Of a stretch of 64,000 bases of DNA, positions 38,867-48,148 are shown in pieces. The notes beneath the pieces are model-generated. The model did no database searches, was not told the DNA's origin, and saw only the letters and a list, made by a program, of their open reading frames with translations. The DNA comes from Thermoplasmatota archaeon. GTDB taxonomy: Archaea > Thermoplasmatota > Thermoplasmata > UBA10834. The translations under genes were made by a program, and so were the position numbers. The stretch's first letter is position 1. Each line of letters opens with the position of its first letter. The stretch lies in the NCBI GenBank assembly GCA_963818745.1, contig CAWFTI010000003.1:141212-205211 (forward strand), given 5' to 3'.

Positions 38867-38932
38867 TGAGCGACCGATATACGGAGAAACAGCTGACAAA
38901 TCGTCAGACAAAACCATTTAGGATGGGATGCA

Positions 38933-39169
38933 ATGAAGCACAGGAATGCGGTGCAGGCAGCGGTCCTAAACGCGCAAGCGATAGGTTGGGTGAAGACCCA
39001 CACGCTTCAGGATCTCGAGGATCTCGTGAACGAGATGTCGGGTCTTGGAGAAGATGTCATGGACATCGCCGATCTCCTGGATAATCTGAGAGAGATCGAC
39101 CGGAGCCTACATACGGACATGGAGCCAGTAGTTCCTGAGGCATGTGAGTACGCGGAAATCGCAGGATAG
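38933..39169 (+). CDS. Hypothetical small acidic protein (78 aa)
   Basis: The ORF has an SD-like motif and a helical, D/E-rich sequence (LQDLEDLVNEMSGLGEDVMDIADLLDNLREIDR). No family recognised. It lies in the low-GC islet. Confidence 0.35.
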   Translation: MKHRNAVQAAVLNAQAIGWVKTHTLQDLEDLVNEMSGLGEDVMDIADLLDNLREIDRSLHTDMEPVVPEACEYAEIAG

Positions 39170-39178
39170 GTGATTGAG

Positions 39179-39373
39179 ATGTTTAGAACAAAGAACCCAA
39201 AGCAGTCGAACGTCAACCTAGAGGAAGACTTCGCGACCTACGAACAGAAGAAGGCCACGGAGTTTCACCCACACTGCTTCATGCAGCAACTAGCACTTGC
39301 TGAGGCGAAGCAGTACGACGAGATCTATGCCTTGGCACACGCTCCTGTGCATGGAGAAGAGGAAGAAGCTTAG
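39179..39373 (+). CDS. Hypothetical small protein (64 aa)
   Basis: AGGTGA lies 5 nt upstream of the ATG at 39179, immediately after the previous stop. The protein ends in EEEEA. No family recognised. Confidence 0.3.
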   Translation: MFRTKNPKQSNVNLEEDFATYEQKKATEFHPHCFMQQLALAEAKQYDEIYALAHAPVHGEEEEA

Positions 39374-39433
39374 ACCAATCTCCGATTGAAAGATTGAGAG
39401 TAGGGCTAAACTGAAAACTCAACGGAACGAAAG

Positions 39434-39545
39434 TGCAGGTGCCGGGATTCGAACCCGGGCCGTTGGCTTTCGTCCCTCTCCAATTTTTAATTCCTGTTGG
39501 ATGAGTTGGAAGGCCAAAATCCTAACCAGACTAGATTACACCTGC
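39434..39545 (-). tRNA. tRNA-Gly(UCC) with a ~38-nt intron in the anticodon loop; no encoded CCA
   Basis: Hand fold of the reverse complement: acceptor GCAGGTG/CACCTGC; D arm ATCT...GGAT; anticodon stem TTGGC/GCCAA; loop CT-TCC-A[intron]A; 4-nt variable loop; T arm CCGGG-TTCGAAT-CCCGG; discriminator A. A TATA-like TATTTATC lies upstream on the minus strand. Confidence 0.75.
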
Positions 39546-39692
39546 TTGGGACCGACGAATCAGGTCTTCTGATAAATACATTTCTTCACCGGAACCCTTG
39601 CCGGGAGCGGGGGACGCGGGTCAAACGCCCAACAATCGCGCATAACTACAAATATTGCGGATATTCTCATTGACCCAGGGGGGCTGTAACCC

Positions 39693-42488
39693 TTGGTCAG
39701 GTCCGCTTGCATAGGTGCACTTGTTTCGTTCGCAATGTTCCTGATAATGCTCACGCCCGCGGTCGCGGTTACATCCGCTATCGGGCCGTCGGCTGGTATC
39801 GCGTCCGCTGAGCCGGATCAAGGTCCCTCGTTGGTCTTCTCCTCCCACGGGCTGACCTACGACGAGATGGCCGCGCTCAGGAATTCGATTGGCGTCAGAG
39901 ACCCAGAAAGGAACTACAACGAGATCGTCGACGGTCACGGCACCGGGTTCGCGCCCCCGACCGCCGAGCAATGGGACCTGACGGTCGGACAGCTGAAGGT
40001 CGTCGATTCCGTGGAATCCGCACTTGCCGCTTCGTCATCATTCGACTTCTCGACATCCCCTTCCTTCCCCACAGTGGGGAATCAGGCCATGCAAGGTTCG
40101 TGTTCCGCATGGGCCTCGACCTACTACTCATTCGGGTACATGGAGGCGCTCGACTACGGATGGGCCGACCCGAAGACCGGGGCGACCGATCACCTGTTCT
40201 CGCCGGCCTGGACCTACAACAAGGTCAACGGCGGCCGCGACTCCGGCTCGTGGATGATCGACAACTTCTATGTCATACGGGACTGGGGTGCGGCTTCGAT
40301 GTCGACCATGCCATACGACGATTCCGACTATCTCAGCTGGGGGTCGTCCCAGGCGTTCCGCGAGGCACCTCCTCACAGACTGGCCGAGGGGTACGCCCTC
40401 GAGTACTCGGGCCCATCGACGATAGATTCCATCAAGGCGCTGCTGGTCGGCGATGTTCCAGTATCCTTCGCGATGGACGCGAACCAGTATTCGAGCGGCT
40501 TTGGCGATGGCAACTACATCATCTCGTCTGCAGAGTACGACTCGACCACGTTGAACCACGCCCAGACCTTCGTTGGCTATGACGACACCGTCTCCGACGA
40601 CGGCGACATGGGAGCATTCAGGGTCGTCAACTCCTGGGGCGCGTCGTGGGGCGATGCGGGATACTACTGGCTGACCTACGACGCCGTCATCGAGCTGGGG
40701 AACCTCGGCGTCCTGACGATGAACTTCCTCACGGACGCGATCGACTACGCTCCTAGCATCGTCGGCGTGTGGCATTTCAACGAAGCGCCGACCCGGAGTG
40801 CGGTCATCGAGGTGGGCATAGGCCCGAGCTCGTCCCCGGTCGAATCGAAGCTCCCGTTCTACAACGAGGACAGGACGACGTCGCACACCATGCCGACGTT
40901 CATGTGCCTCGACATGTCGGAGTTCGATGGCGTCTACAGTTCGGGGACGGACGATTTCTACCTGGACGTGACCGGCTCGAGCCGAGGGGTGATATCCTCG
41001 TTCAGGATAGAGCTGTACAGCGGTGATTATTCTTCTGGCGCTGCCATCCAGGCCTCGGGGCAGTCACCCGATGTTCCGGCGTCCGTGCCAGGCACCGTGA
41101 CGAACAGCCTGCCGTATTACGACCCCATAGACGTCGGCACTGCTCTCGACAGCAGCGTGTATGTCGGGGAGCCTCCGACCTCCGTCCGATGGGTTGGCGT
41201 GGACCACCATTCAGTAGCCGATGGCGATTCGATGCAGAGCGGGGACGTGGGCGACTCGGAGAGCACGTCGTTGTCCGTTTCCGTCGACGGCCCCGTCGAG
41301 GTGTCGTTCGATTGGAAGGTCTCGTCGGAGTCGCTCAAGGATGTTCTTTCGTTCAGCGTTCCAGATACTGCCTACTCGACCGAGATCTCCGGTGATGTGG
41401 ATTGGACGACCGTGAGCTGTTCTCTTCCCGCTGGCAGCCATGAGCTCGAGTGGACGTTTTCAAAGGACTCCGCGAACAGCATGCTCGACGATTGCGCCTG
41501 GGTGGACCGCCTGGTGCTGTCCTACGTGACCTCGCCCCCGGTGGTCGTGCTCTTGCCTTCCTACACTGCTCTCATCGAGCAGGAGTTCATCGTCACGCCG
41601 GTGGATGTGTCCGACCCGGATGGGGACGTGGAGAGCGTCTGGTATGATTGGGGGGACGGCACGTCCATGTCCATGGGCGACCCGGTCGAAGGCTACGCTG
41701 CCTCCCACACCTACATCGAGCTGAGCGATTTCGAGCTGACCGCCTACGCCGAGGACGGTGCGGGGAACAACGTGAGCGATTCCGCGACCGTGGTCGTGTC
41801 CGAGAGCAACTCGAGACCCACCATCTCCTCGTTCAAGGTGGACGGCGCGAAGGACTACTATTCCCCTGGAGAGACGGTGCGGTTCAACGCGACGGTCGTG
41901 GACGACGAGGGCGACCTCGTCGAGGTCACCATTGATTTCGGAGACGGCTCAGCGGCCGAGTCGTTGTCGTATGATACGGATGCTGGTGTCGCCGCCTATT
42001 TCGTGTTCGAGCACGCCTTCTCATACGGTGGCGACAGCACCTATGCAGTTACGGTGGAGGCGACCGACGATGCAGTTCATTCGGTCGACTGGTCAACGAG
42101 AACGCTCAGCGTGCTCGTCAACACGCTCCCCGAGTGCGTGCTCGTCGCCGATCCGCTGATAGGCTCGCTGCTGACTTCGTTCTCCTTCGATGCGAGCGGG
42201 TCTTCCGATGCCGAGACGGCCGCAGGCGACCTGGCCGTGCGGTGGGACTGGAACGGAGACGGTTCATGGGACACCGACTGGTCATCGGACATGACCGTGA
42301 CGCATGTATTCTCGACCACCGGCACTCACACCGTCGTTTGCGAGGTCGAGGACGGCGCGGGACTGCGTTCGGTCGACCAGGTGGAGATCGAGGTGGTCGA
42401 CGAGGCGATCCCCGAGTTCTCTCTCGTGGTGGTGCCGGTCGTCATCATGCTGGTCGTGTTCCTCATGGCCCGCAGAAAGAAGAAGTAG
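39693..42488 (+). CDS. Secreted papain-like (C1) cysteine peptidase with beta-sandwich/PKD-like domains and a PEF-CTERM-like anchor
   Basis: TTG start followed by a signal peptide (ALVSFAMFLIMLTPAVAVTSA). Catalytic motifs are QGSCSAWAS (Cys), NHAQTFVGYDD (His) and VVNSWGASWGDAGYYW (Asn). PKD-like motifs are WYDWGDGT, IDFGDGS and WDWNGDGSWD. The C-terminus is IPEFSLVVVPVVIMLVVFLMARRKKK. Confidence 0.8.
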   Translation: MVRSACIGALVSFAMFLIMLTPAVAVTSAIGPSAGIASAEPDQGPSLVFSSHGLTYDEMAALRNSIGVRDPERNYNEIVDGHGTGFAPPTAEQWDLTVGQLKVVDSVESALAASSSFDFSTSPSFPTVGNQAMQGSCSAWASTYYSFGYMEALDYGWADPKTGATDHLFSPAWTYNKVNGGRDSGSWMIDNFYVIRDWGAASMSTMPYDDSDYLSWGSSQAFREAPPHRLAEGYALEYSGPSTIDSIKALLVGDVPVSFAMDANQYSSGFGDGNYIISSAEYDSTTLNHAQTFVGYDDTVSDDGDMGAFRVVNSWGASWGDAGYYWLTYDAVIELGNLGVLTMNFLTDAIDYAPSIVGVWHFNEAPTRSAVIEVGIGPSSSPVESKLPFYNEDRTTSHTMPTFMCLDMSEFDGVYSSGTDDFYLDVTGSSRGVISSFRIELYSGDYSSGAAIQASGQSPDVPASVPGTVTNSLPYYDPIDVGTALDSSVYVGEPPTSVRWVGVDHHSVADGDSMQSGDVGDSESTSLSVSVDGPVEVSFDWKVSSESLKDVLSFSVPDTAYSTEISGDVDWTTVSCSLPAGSHELEWTFSKDSANSMLDDCAWVDRLVLSYVTSPPVVVLLPSYTALIEQEFIVTPVDVSDPDGDVESVWYDWGDGTSMSMGDPVEGYAASHTYIELSDFELTAYAEDGAGNNVSDSATVVVSESNSRPTISSFKVDGAKDYYSPGETVRFNATVVDDEGDLVEVTIDFGDGSAAESLSYDTDAGVAAYFVFEHAFSYGGDSTYAVTVEATDDAVHSVDWSTRTLSVLVNTLPECVLVADPLIGSLLTSFSFDASGSSDAETAAGDLAVRWDWNGDGSWDTDWSSDMTVTHVFSTTGTHTVVCEVEDGAGLRSVDQVEIEVVDEAIPEFSLVVVPVVIMLVVFLMARRKKK

Positions 42489-42518
42489 AGCCCGTCCGGA
42501 GGCCGGGGAGGGCCGTCC

Positions 42519-44510
42519 CTATGCTGAACGGACCGGTTGGAACCTGAACTTCCCGCTGGGCACGAGCATCTCGAACCTTACCCCCCTGCCAGGCACGCCG
42601 GTCTCCCTGATGGTCATCCCGGAGGTGTCGAGTATCTCCTTCGTGAGGTACAGCCCCAGCCCGGTGTTCTTCCCGTACCCCCTCTGGAACAGCTTCGCCC
42701 TCGCCTCGTTCTCGATGCCGATGCCGTCGTCCTCGTACACGATCACGAGCCCGTCGGGCCGCACCTCGTGAGACACCGATATCCTGGTGGCCTTCTGCCC
42801 GTGCCTCAGGGTGTTGTCGACCAGGTTCCTGAACACTTTCGAGAACATCGGGTCGCCAAGTATCTCCAAACCGTCCAGGTCCAGACTGACCGTGAGCTTC
42901 TGGGTGTCCAGGCCCATGACGCCTTCCTTGAAGAGTTGAGGGACTTCCAGCCATACGGGCTCGGTCAGGCCGACCTTCTCGTACTCCCCCGTGAAGTCCA
43001 GCAGCGCGTCGATGGTGTGCGCCGCCTTCTCGGTCTTCGACATCATCTCGGCGCGACCTCTTTCTCGTTCGATTCGTCCCTGGCCATCGAGAGCCAGCCC
43101 CTCATCACGGTGAGCTGGTTCTTGATGTCGTGCCTGGTCAGGTGGCCCAGGAACCTGAGCTTCTTGTTCGCGAGCTCCAGCGCCTCGGAGTATCTCTTCC
43201 TCTCTGCGACCTCGTTCCGTGAGCTCTTCGTTGAGCTTGGCGAGTTCCAGTGGTCCTCTGCTTGACCTTGTCCTCGAGCCCTTCGTAGGAGTGTTCGAGC
43301 CTGTCGACCATGATGTTGAATGTGGCCGCCAGGTCGCCGACCTCGTCGCTCGACATGATCGGGACCCTCGAGTCCATGTCTCCCGTCCGAGATCTGTCTG
43401 GCGGTCCGCTTGAACTCGGTGATGGGCTTCGTGATCGTTCTCGATAGCACGAAGGCGAGCAGGACGCCGCACACGACGGTCGCGGAAGCCATCAGCTCTA
43501 TCCTCGTCAGCAGGTCGTCCGCGGGCGCGAATATCTCCTCGAGGTCATAGCCTATGAATAGTACTCCAGGCGTGCCCGTCGTAGCGTCAGGTATCCTTCT
43601 GACCGCGCGTAGCCATAGAGCATCTGGCGGCCCATGTCCTCCGCCATGAACGATCCCTCGTCGTCGCCGCGTTCAGGGTGAAGTAGCTCTGCTGGGAGCG
43701 ATCGTCATGAAAGATGTAGGCGTCCGAAGAGAATATCAGCGCGCCGCTCGTAGTCGGTGAGCGCCACCCGTGTGCTCTCGTACAGCCTCCCCCCGGTGAC
43801 TGCCAGCCTCGCGATGTCAATCGTATTGGCGAATCCCATCACCTCGCCCGCGAAGGTGCCGTTGCCATCGTGGATCGTCGCGCTGATCCGCTGGGCGTAG
43901 AAGCCGCGAATAGGCGTCGTAGGCGACGTCGCTCACGTCGTTCTCCTTCTGCATCGTCCATCTGCCACCAGTCCTCGTCGCTCTGCCTGTAGTCGTCCGG
44001 TCGGTTCGTCATCGCGATGACCGCGCCGTACTCGTTCATGACGGATATGCGGCCCCATGCGTCGACGCCATGGTCCTCCCTGTAGTGATCCATGTATCTC
44101 GCCCTCAGGTCGAGGGACACCGTGTTGTTCATGATGCTGATCCATGAGAGGCGTCAGCTCGTCCGGAGGAGTGGAGGTCCACTCGACGTCCGTCTGGGTG
44201 ATGTACTCCTCCGGATCGTCCATCGCCTCGAACTCGGAGTTGGACGCTCTCGACCACTTCGAGCAGGAAGGGGTCGACCGCCGCCAGCGAGAGTTCGTGC
44301 AGCCTCGAGAAGATCTCGCCGTCTATCCGGTCCATCATGCTGCGGGCCTCGAGCTTCACATCCTCCATGATCGAGTCCCTGAGCGTGTTCCTTGCTCTCC
44401 TCCAGGGCGTACATCGAGATCCCGACGAGGAGGAGGATGAGGATGGTGGCCAGTGCAAGGATCTTGGCGGCTATGCTTCCGCGGAACAGCCTGCGGGCAG
44501 GGTTCACCAT
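42519..44510 (-). pseudogene. Sensor histidine kinase (TM - extracellular sensor domain - TM - HAMP - HisKA - HATPase); about 12 frame breaks as written
   Basis: Following frame hops reads: MVNPARRLFRGSIAAKILALATILILLLVGI (TM1), then an extracellular domain (..EYITQTDVEWTSTPPDEL..MNEYGAVIAMTNRPDDY..), then TM2 (ASATVVCGVLLAFVL). HAMP follows (KPITEFKRTARQIS..SSDEVGDLAATFNIMVDRL), then the H-box (FLGHLTRHDIKNQL), then HATPase (RNLVDNTLRHG; DDGIGI; GLGLYL). I saw no in-frame stop along the reconstructed path. Confidence 0.7.
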
Positions 44511-45649
44511 TGGTACACCAGCTCCCCGTCGGCCACCTTCACGGGAACAACGGGTATCCGAAGTCGTGACCGCCCTCCGAGTTGTGGATGACGCCTGTGA
44601 GGCCGGAGTACAGGAAAGCCGTCTCCAGGGCGTGCCCTCAGGCCTTCCCTGTGTGACCTCGCCCCCTTCGAGAAGCCCCCTCAGCATGAGCACGGCGTCG
44701 AATATCGCGGCCCCTCTGTGGCTGAGAGGCACACCGTAGGTCTCTTCGAACTGCGCAGAGAACTCGTCCGCGTACACATAGCCCTGGTTGTAGATGTACG
44801 GGGCGCAGAGGTACATCCCCTCGGCGGGCGGCATCGCAATCACCGAGGGGTCGGAGGCGGACAGGGTGCCGATGATGTCGCCCGCGTACTCCACCTCTCT
44901 CAGCTCGGTGAGGATCGTCCCGTAGCGTTCTGTCGGTCCGAATATCGCGATGGCGTCCGTGTCCATGAGCGAGGCGATCTCGTCGTAGTAAGTGCTCCGC
45001 GTTCTCGTCGAACGGCTGTTCCACGATCGTCCCGTTGGGGACATCGAACGATTGTCACGAACAGCGACTTCGCCGCCTTGGTGCACATGTCGTCCGAGTA
45101 CAGGACCCCTACTCGTGCCGACGCCGAGCTTGTCGTACGATCGACATCACGGTCGCCACGTCATCGCTGGTCCTCGGGGAGTATCGGAACACCCACTCTC
45201 TGTCCTCGGTGAGGTTCTGGAGCAGCACGCCGGCGCCCATGAGCACCGCGCCCGCTTCCTCGGCCTTCGAGGCCAGTGCGAGGCTGACCCCGCACATCGT
45301 CGACAGGTACAGCAGGGGTTCTCGGACGCCTCGAGGTCGTCGAACTCCTGGATGGCGACGGTATGCGTTGCTCTGGCTGTCGCGGATGATGAGGTCGATA
45401 TTGCTGCCGTTGATGCCTCCCCATCTGTTCACGATATCAACTGCCATCTCCAGTGCGTACTTCATGTCCATCAGGTGGCGATCCCCTTCCCGTCAGGGGC
45501 AGGAGGCGGCAATCGTGATCGAATCCTTCTGCTCCTTCGTGTAAGCGTAAGACGACGTAGATCGATGCGGCCAGCAAGATGGCTATCACTGCGACCGCAC
45601 CGATCCTCCTCTGCCTGGAAAACCTTGGTCCCGAGCGTAATTGTGTCAT
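44504..45649 (-). pseudogene. Membrane-anchored type-1 periplasmic-binding-protein fold (LivK/amino-acid-binding-like) protein; about 11 frame breaks as written
   Basis: The path reads: N-terminal anchor (RRIGAVAVIAILLAASIYVV), then ..DSITIAAS/LPLTGRGSP/LMDMKYALEMAVDIVNRWGGINGSNIDLIIRDSQSNA/TVAIQEFDDLEASENP/LLYLSTMCGVSLALASKAEEAGAVLMG... It ends ...IFGPTERYGTILTELRE.../VVPVKVADGELVYQW*. The stop overlaps the kinase ATG (ATGGTGA). Confidence 0.65.
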
Positions 45650-45711
45650 TCGATCGCACGCGACACATATGTGGAGCCCATCGAGGGTCCGATGCCACGC
45701 CTCCTAAGTCC

Positions 45712-46164
45712 TCAGGTCACCGTCCTGAGGCGATTGTCCCCTGTTACGAGTTGACGCGGATCCCGCAGCCTCGTCACACCGTTATTGGTCAGGGAGATAT
45801 TAATCACCTTCGGGGTCTGGGTCAGCGCTGCAGGTAGCGGGTGCTCAGAACTTGCGTTCTGGATGACAATGGTGGAAGACTCGAGATGAAACGGGCCGAC
45901 CCTGATTGACTGCGTGCTCGTAGGCAAGCGAATCCGGCGAATTGAGTTCCTCGGGGATGCACCAGACACATTCTCCCTTGTCGAGCCTGGTACGAGCAGC
46001 ACGATCCCGCCGAAGCGGAGCGGTCCGATGAACTGAATCCTGTGGCGCACCAGTTTGTGCATGGAGTTATGGAAAAGGCTCAGGACTCTTGCGTTCTCAT
46101 CTTCCAGATTCGAAGTTGCGCTGATAGCCACAGTGCCATTTCCCGCAGTTCCTTTCATATCCAA
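45712..46164 (-). CDS. Questionable hypothetical ORF (150 aa); possibly another frame-broken gene
   Basis: This is the only long ORF in a 540-bp gap. No family is recognised, and an alternative frame also looks protein-like (DKGECVWCIPEELNSPDSLAYEHAVNQGRP). The annotated start lies only 25 nt from the divergent kinase ATG, which is suspicious. Confidence 0.15.
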   Translation of the reverse strand: MDMKGTAGNGTVAISATSNLEDENARVLSLFHNSMHKLVRHRIQFIGPLRFGGIVLLVPGSTRENVSGASPRNSIRRIRLPTSTQSIRVGPFHLESSTIVIQNASSEHPLPAALTQTPKVINISLTNNGVTRLRDPRQLVTGDNRLRTVT

Positions 46165-46189
46165 AGAGCATCATACAGCCGTGGGATAG

Positions 46190-48118
46190 ATGAAGGACCG
46201 TTCCCAGGAACCCTTGGACTCTGAGCCTCACGTGCCTTCGGTGCGTGCCGTCGTAGCGACTGATAGGGGACGGAGAGACCTCCCTGGTAGAATTCTCGAG
46301 ATCACGCTCGCGGTCCTGCTCCATAGGGATGAGGACAAGATACTCGAGATAATCGGACAGGCCATGGTCGACCTGTTCCCGGTCAAGAGGACTGCGATAT
46401 ACCTCAGGGATCCAGTGACTGGCAACTGGCACGTCAGGTACGTCCAGGGATATCCTGAGGATCAGGCAAGGGAAATCAGAAAGGTTGTCTACGACAGGCA
46501 GGCCTGGAAAGACACGCTGAGAATCTACGAACCAATGGGCATGATGTCCTATTTCGCCCCGGGCGAATATGTGGTCATCGATGACTATGACGACTGCTTC
46601 TACCGCGGATTCCCCAAGGAGATACCTCCCAGACAGTCTATCGATGACTGGCATATGCTGGATTTCATCGATGTCATGCTGTTCGACAAGAACGGTCACG
46701 AGCTCGGCTGCATAGAGATTCTGGAGACCGCCGACCACAAGAAGCTCTCCGCAAAGACCATCTCGAACATAGAGATCCTCGCTTCGATCGCCTCGATCGC
46801 GGTAGAGATGTCCAGCCTCTGGCACAGCCAGGAGGCCATGATCTCTGCCAACAGCAGCCGGGCGAGAGCGTTCGCGAGGATGCTCGAACTGGCAACTCGC
46901 GTGGTCACCTTCCGCGAGGGTGAGCGGATAATGTCAGAGGCGGTCGAATTCCTCCGCAGTGAGCTTCAGTTCTCTGGGGTGTTCGGAGCTGCGTGGAGCC
47001 CTGCGGAGAATGCGTTCAGGGTCCTCGGTTCCGAGGCAGGCGAAGCAGGGATCATCACGAGGAAGCTCGCGATGGCGGACTGCGACACGACTTTCAGGTT
47101 CACAGAGGAACTGTATTGGGTCCCGATGGAGCAGCTGTCGAGGGAGAGGATGGCTCATCCGCCGTACGATGCCGGGAGCAGGGCGGACATCGACCGGTTG
47201 AAGAGCGAATTCAGTCTCGCGAACGAGGTACTGAGGAGAAGGCATGACCTGTTCGTGGTGCCCCTGCGGGACAGAAGCTCCCAGATCGTAGGGTTGATAT
47301 ACGCGTCCGAGAGGAAGACCGAAGAGGTCTTCGAGAAGGACCTGCTGGAGCTCATGAGCGTGTTCGGGTCGATGGTCTCCCTGGCATTCAGGAACGCGGG
47401 CCTGATAGGCGAGATAGTCCAGAGCAACGAGGACCTCGAGATGCTCAACCACCTGCTGTTCCACGATATGAGCAACTACAACACCGGAATGGATTTCTAC
47501 GTCCAGATGGCCGGCAACGCCTCCCTCCCGGAAGAGCAGCGTGTGCAGGCCCTCGCAAAAGCGAGGAAGCAGCTGGAGCTCAGCAACGATCTGATCTCCA
47601 GGATCAAGAAGCTCGCGTTCATAAGGGAGAAGGGGTCCGAGCGGATGCTGAACGTGGACCTCGTGTCCATGCTGAGGTCGCTTGCTGATGAGATCAGGGA
47701 TTCCCGGGCAGACAAGCGCGTCACGATCAACCTGCACGCTGACGAGCAGATGTGCATGACGAGGGCGAACGAACTCCTCCATGACCTGTTCCAGAACCTG
47801 CTCGGCAATTCGATCAAGTATACGCCGAAGGATACGGTGGTCGTCGACGTCCGTATCACGAAGGTGACAGAGCAGAATCGTGACTGGTGGGACACGGCCA
47901 TCGTCGACTACGGGGTCGGCATACCCGACGATAAGAAGGAGCTCATATTCACGAAGTTCGCACCGCGGGTGTCCGGCGGGAAGGGCATAGGGTTGGGACT
48001 CTCCATCGTAAAGACAATCGTCGACAACTATGGCGGACGCATCTGGGTCGAGGACCGTATAAGAGGGGATCATTCATCAGGGTCGGTCTTCCACGTCCTG
48101 CTCCCGACGGTCATGTGA
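46190..48118 (+). CDS. Cytoplasmic sensor histidine kinase with two GAF-like domains
   Basis: 642-aa intact ORF with two GAF-like regions. The H-box is LLFHDMSNYN. HATPase N, G1 and G2 boxes are NLLGNSIKYTP, DYGVGIP and GKGIGLGLSIVK. There is no TM segment and no receiver gene nearby. Confidence 0.8.
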   Translation: MKDRSQEPLDSEPHVPSVRAVVATDRGRRDLPGRILEITLAVLLHRDEDKILEIIGQAMVDLFPVKRTAIYLRDPVTGNWHVRYVQGYPEDQAREIRKVVYDRQAWKDTLRIYEPMGMMSYFAPGEYVVIDDYDDCFYRGFPKEIPPRQSIDDWHMLDFIDVMLFDKNGHELGCIEILETADHKKLSAKTISNIEILASIASIAVEMSSLWHSQEAMISANSSRARAFARMLELATRVVTFREGERIMSEAVEFLRSELQFSGVFGAAWSPAENAFRVLGSEAGEAGIITRKLAMADCDTTFRFTEELYWVPMEQLSRERMAHPPYDAGSRADIDRLKSEFSLANEVLRRRHDLFVVPLRDRSSQIVGLIYASERKTEEVFEKDLLELMSVFGSMVSLAFRNAGLIGEIVQSNEDLEMLNHLLFHDMSNYNTGMDFYVQMAGNASLPEEQRVQALAKARKQLELSNDLISRIKKLAFIREKGSERMLNVDLVSMLRSLADEIRDSRADKRVTINLHADEQMCMTRANELLHDLFQNLLGNSIKYTPKDTVVVDVRITKVTEQNRDWWDTAIVDYGVGIPDDKKELIFTKFAPRVSGGKGIGLGLSIVKTIVDNYGGRIWVEDRIRGDHSSGSVFHVLLPTVM

Positions 48119-48148
48119 GCTTCTTGCCGTTCTGAAAGGAGTCGGAAG

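Noticed and set aside
38662-39084. 140-aa ORF overlapping the start of the small acidic ORF
   Set aside because: Its second half is Arg/Gly/Ser-rich off-frame read-through of the better-supported 38933..39169 ORF. Its N-terminal part overlaps the palindrome and TATA region.
42519-45649. Programmed frameshifting or Sec/Pyl recoding as an explanation for the interrupted genes
   Set aside because: The interruptions are changes of frame, not in-frame TGA or TAG codons. They are far too frequent (up to one per ~135 bp), and where I checked their context many sit in short homopolymers. I saw no slippery heptamer plus structure at those sites.
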